From Rebecca billardiae RCC1528 (lineage: Eukaryota; Protista; Haptophyta), in NCBI GenBank assembly GCA_965240325.2, contig OZ251227.1, positions 1,364,001 to 1,428,000 on the forward strand: a stretch of DNA of 64,000 bases, given 5' to 3'. A program made the position numbers and the translations under genes. The notes below the pieces were generated by a model, which did not search any database, had not been told where the DNA came from, and worked only from the letters and a program-made list of their open reading frames with translations. Positions 59,393 to 64,000 of the stretch are shown one piece after another. Numbering within the stretch: the first letter of the stretch is position 1; each line of letters opens with the position of its first letter.

Positions 59393-59699
59393 ATGCGGCA
59401 GTCGAGCACGTCCATACGCATGCCGGGGCAGGCGGACACGCACGCCCTCGCCAAGTGGCGCGAGAAGGCGGCGGACGTGGTGGAGGAGAAGCGGCAGAAG
59501 AAGGAGCAGCACCACCAGGTGGTCCGGCTCGGGCTGCGCCAGGCGGCGGAGCTGATGGCGGACCGCAGGCTGCCGATGCGGCGCGGCTCGGCCCAGCTCT
59601 CCCACCGCTCGGTCGCGAGCGGGCACTCGGTCGGCCTCGCCGACTCGGAGACAACGTCGCACCCGCCCTCGCCCGGCAGGCGGCGCGAATCGATTGCGC

Positions 59700-59731
<32 letters not shown>

Positions 59732-62700
59732 AAGCCGATGGTGGCGGCGGAGGACGAGGCGCCCCGGCAGTACCGGCTCCACCCGATCCGCGTGCGCATG
59801 CAGACGCGCAAGAAGGAGGAGCTGCGCATCCACACCGACCGCGTCGTGCACCTCGGCGCGCTCGGCCTGCTCGCCACGTGTGAGAGCAACGAGCGCGGCG
59901 CGACGCTGTGGGACGCGAACGACCTGCAGGCGGTGGGCCGGCTGCAGCACCCGTCGCAGGTGCTCGACGTGGTGCACGCGCGCGGCCCCTCGCTCATCGT
60001 CGGCGCGGGCATCGCCTCGGGCATCGTGTGCTGGGACGAGTCCCTGCTGTTTGAGCAGCAGCGCATCCACTCGCTTGAGCCCGTGCTCTCTCTCGCGTGG
60101 CACGCGGGGAGCGGCCGGCTGTTCGGCGGGGACGCGCACGGCGTGATCCGGCGGTGGGAGCTGCGCGGCTGCACCGAGGTCGGCGCGCACAACCCGATGC
60201 GCGCGCACACCGACTTCGTCAACGCGCTGCTCTGCCTCGACGACGGGCGCGCCGAGCTGCTCGTGTCGGCGTCGTCGGACAGGAGCGTGCGCCAGTGGCA
60301 CACGGAGACGGGGCGCGAGGTGCGCGCGCTGCGGCACCACGGCGCGGCGGTGCACTCGCTCGCGCAGCTGACGGGGCACCGCCTCCTCGTCTCCGCCGCG
60401 CGCGAGCGCGACATCTACCTCTGGTCGCCGTACGACCACACGCGGCCGGTGCCGCTCAAGGGGCTGCCGCACGAGGCGCCCGTCGTGTTCGTTACAGACG
60501 TGGGGCGCAGCTCGCCCGAGCTGATCTCGGCGGACGCGGAGGGCGTGGTGAAGGTGTGGGACGTGCGCTCGAACTACGGCCCCGTGCAGACCATCCGCCC
60601 GCTGCCGCGCGCCGTGCCGCAGCACACGCACGAGCCCTTCTACACGTGCGCGTACTCGCGCGAGCGCTCGTCCCTCTTCTGCGCGTCCTCGGTCGAGTGG
60701 CGCGTGCACAGGCCGCTGGAGCACCAGGGGCGCTCGGCGTCGGGGCCGATCGGCGCGGTGGCGTTCAACCACGCGACGTGCGAGCTGCTCCTCGCCTCCG
60801 ACGCCGGCGTCTCCGTCTGGTCGCTCGGCACCGGCCAGTCCATCGTCGCGATGCCGTCCCTCGGTCACACGGAGGTGGTGGCGATGCTGTTCGACCCAGA
60901 CGACACGCACCTGCTGACCGCGCACGCGGACGGGGGCGTGCGGCTGTGGGCGTACAGCGTGGCGCGCGCGCACGAGCGGCTGCACCTGATCGCGCAGCTC
61001 GCGCAGCTCGACGCCGAGGCCGCCCACCTCCTCGTCGTGCCGCAGCCCTCGCGCCGCCGCCGGTTCGGCGTGCTGGTGGCGACCGCGGCCGCGGGCTCGG
61101 CCGTCAAGCTCTTGTCGCTGATGCGCGGTAGCCCGCTCGAGCAGCCGCGCCCGCTGGAGATGTTCACGCCGCTGTGCGCGGGGCCGCGCGAGCTGTGCGT
61201 GTCCGAGGCCAAGGGCCTCGTCGCCATCTTCGGCGCCGACCGCCCGCGCGCGCTCGAGCTGTGGGACACGGGCGGCGAGCGCGTGAAGCTGCGCACCGTG
61301 CTCAAGCTGCCGCACGGCATCGTGAGCGCCGCCTTTGCAGATTCGATCTCGACGCTGCTGCTGCTCACGGCGGACGCGGCGCTGTGCCTGTTCGAGCTGC
61401 CGCGCGTGTCGTGGACGATGCGCATGCGCATCGACCCCGGCCTCCCGCGCCGCGCGCCGCGCCTGCTCTGGGACGAGGACGAGTCGATGCTGCTGTGCTG
61501 CGCGCCCTCGTCCGCGGACGCGCCCGCCTCGCTCACACTGATGGACGTGGCCGGCTCGGTCAAGGCGGAGGTGGACGAGGACGAGGCGGCGGCGAGGGCG
61601 GGGGCGGAGGCGGCGGCGGGGCAGGGCTGGCTGCCCGAGCTCGACCAGCCAGGCCGCGCCGCCGCGCCGCGCGCGCCCAACGCGCCGCGCGCGGGCGGCG
61701 GCGGCGCGGGCGGCGGGCGGCGCGCGAGCGGCCGCCGCCCGTCTGAGGCCGGGCTGCGGCGCGCGCGCGCGCTCACCTCGGCGCACAGCGGGCGCGCGCG
61801 CGCCGCGCCGACGGCGGCGCTGCGGCAGCACGTCGAGGGCCGGCCGAGCTGCGTGTACGCCTCCGCGCCCATGCACGAGCTCGGCGAGGTCGAGGTCAGC
61901 GCCGAGTGGGAGGGCGCGACCGAGCGCGCGGACGACGCGCTCACCGTGTGGCGGCTGCTGGGGCAGGACACGGTGTGCCTCGGCTTCTACTCGGCCGAGG
62001 TGCACGTGCGCACGCTCGACGGGCGGCTGTACGGGCGGCTCGGGTACGGCGGCGGCATGCTCGGCTCGTGGACCGCGCCGCCGGTCGCGACCAGCGGCGC
62101 GCTCGTCGCGCAGCTGGGCGCGCAGGGTGGCGGCGCCTCGAGTCCGCACGGCGGATCCCGGAGGGCGAGTCACCGGCGCGCGCGCGCCACGCAGCAGGCG
62201 GCGCTCGTCGCGGACGAGGACGTGGCCGGGATGTCCGAGCACCTGCTCGCGCTGCGCCACCTCATCGGCAACGACATGGCCAACCCGCTCGCCGCGGCCG
62301 ACCAGCACCTCGCCATCGCCGCGCTGGACGCCCGGCTCGAGCCGGCGCCGCCGCAGCAGAGCTACTTTCACACGCCGCCCGCGCGCGCGCCCGCGCTGCC
62401 CAAGCCCAAGGCCAAGCCCAAGGCGAAGCGCAGCAAGGCGGACGGGCCGGGCGCCGAGCGCGGGCCCGCGCTCGCGACGAGCCCGCCCGGCCAGCTGCCG
62501 CCCGTCGCGCGCGGCGGTCGCGCGGGCGCCGAGGCCGCGGACAAGCCGCCGACGCCCGTCTTTGGGCGCGAGCGGCGGCGTGCGCTCGGCCTCGCCGCGC
62601 CGCACGCCGCGCCGACGTCGCGCGGCGCCGCCGGCTCGGCGGCCGCCGAGCCAGACGCCGGCTCGGGCACCGGCGCGTCGGCCACCGCGCTGCCGCCGCT

Positions 62701-62863
62701 GCAGCCCAGCGTCAAGCTCGACCGCCGGGTCTCGCTCTCCAACCACAACCCGGCGACCAACCCTCGTCTCCGCAGGAACTGGACACAGGGGCAGGGCCAG
62801 GGGGAGGGCGAGCTCGAGTCCCGCGTGCCAGGCGTGTCGGGCGCCATCAGCGAGGGACCCTGA
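59393..62863 (+). CDS. WD40-repeat protein
   Basis: AHTDFVNAL...SASSDRSVRQW, HHGAAVHSL...IYLW, ISADAEGVVKVWD and TAHADGGVRLW. Confidence 0.88.
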
Positions 62864-63045
62864 CAATGATCATGACGATGAGTCTCATGATGACGACGAC
62901 GATGGCAGCGCAGCAGACGACAGCAGAACGCGGCGCAGTTTGTAATCATAAATAACCGAACTGGCATATCGTCGCGTACGCAGTATCCGGAGGCTCCGGC
63001 GATTACTCTGATGATCGATCAATAATAATATATGATGAACGACGA

Positions 63046-64000
63046 TCAAATGTCCGTCGTCAAGTGGTGCGTAATGCGTTGCAGCTGTGCGCGAAGAGTC
63101 TCGAGCTCATCACACGCGCGCTGGTGTTCGGCACGCTCGAGCGCGCGCTCCGCGCGCTCAGCGCCCAGCTGCTGCACCACCGCTGCCTGTGCACGCGCGC
63201 TCGCCGCGAGCCACGCGGCCAGGCGGGGCAAGCCATGCGCATGCGCCTCCTGCATGCCCTGAGCGACCGCCAGATCAGCCGAGCCCTCCTCCAGCGCGCA
63301 CGCGGGCTCGAGCAGGGCGGCGGTCAGCGGCGGCTCACCCGCGGACGCGCTGCCACGCGTGCGCATGCGCTTGGCCGCGAGCGAGGTGGCAGGAGCCGCA
63401 TCTGCCACGCACTCGCCAGGTGCCGGCGCCGCGGCGGCGGGGTCCTCGCCGCGGGGGCGCACGCAGCCGCCGAGAAGCGCGGCCTGTGCGGCAGCCTCCT
63501 CCGGCCGAGGGAAGTTGAGCGGCCGTGCGTCCAGCAGCCGGCGCGCGCGCACCAGGTCGTCGTATGCGCGCGCAGCCTCCTCCTCCGACTGCAGGTTTGA
63601 TCCTGCGCGGTAAATGGCGCCCCTGCAACTGAATTGGACCTGCCAGCGCACCTTGCTCCCCGAGCTGTGGCTGGCCCGCGCGACGCCGTAGTACCGGCTG
63701 CTGGAGCCGCCGTGCTTGAACGGGACGGTGCGAGCGGCCCTGCTGCTGCAGCCGAGGGCGGCACTGACCTCCGTCGCCTGCTCCACCGCCGCCACCACCA
63801 CCTCCTCGCTCTCCCCCTCCTCCTCCTCCTCCTCCTCCTCCTCCTCCCCCTCCTCCTCCTCCTCCTCCTCCTCCTCCTCGTCACCGTCGTCGTCATCGCT
63901 GCTGCCTATGATGGCAGACTCGCCCTCGCCCTCGCGCGGGAAGTTGAGCAGCTTCACGCCCACCAGCCCGAGCTTGCGCACGAGGTCGTCGCGCGCGCGT
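63046..64000 (-). CDS. AP2/ERF-domain transcription factor (at least 2 AP2 domains; 5' end outside window)
   Basis: SSRYYGV...RWQVQF...SEEEAARAYD...LNFP, preceded by the end of another AP2 domain (ARARDDLVRK...LLNFP). Poly-Glu linker and C-terminal coiled coil. Confidence 0.88.
   Translation of the reverse strand, partial: RARDDLVRKLGLVGVKLLNFPREGEGESAIIGSSDDDDGDEEEEEEEEEEGEEEEEEEEEEGESEEVVVAAVEQATEVSAALGCSSRAARTVPFKHGGSSSRYYGVARASHSSGSKVRWQVQFSCRGAIYRAGSNLQSEEEAARAYDDLVRARRLLDARPLNFPRPEEAAAQAALLGGCVRPRGEDPAAAAPAPGECVADAAPATSLAAKRMRTRGSASAGEPPLTAALLEPACALEEGSADLAVAQGMQEAHAHGLPRLAAWLAASARAQAAVVQQLGAERAERALERAEHQRACDELETLRAQLQRITHHLTTDI

Noticed and set aside
1-64000. tRNA, rRNA or snRNA genes
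   Set aside because: None recognised by eye; a covariance-model scan would be needed to exclude them.

Overview
Very GC- and CpG-rich, gene-dense eukaryotic nuclear DNA with short spliceosomal introns. The plastid-targeted LHC and cytochrome c6-like proteins have signal-peptide-first presequences, and ciliary genes (CFAP69, PACRG-like) are present. This points to a flagellated alga with a red-derived secondary plastid, plausibly a haptophyte (inference only). About 19 protein-coding genes are supportable, many in tight head-to-head pairs. The dominant structure is a 12,793-bp mobile element (14703-27495) with no recognisable transposase. It has perfect 22-bp GGCC-ended terminal inverted repeats and a 4-bp TCGT target duplication. 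Its interior is a near-palindrome of two nested, mirror-image satellite pairs (~140-bp and ~211-bp units) around a unique core. It inserted into one copy of a ~555-bp tandem duplication carrying a MULE-like MITE, so the empty target site lies about 550 bp downstream. Other highlights are a myosin with a PLC-type PH / CEP164-like WW / ankyrin tail, a probable low-potential cytochrome c6 variant, RICTOR in a photosynthetic lineage, and a stand-alone RNase II N-terminal-like plastid protein. All family calls come from motif recognition by eye; no database searches were run.
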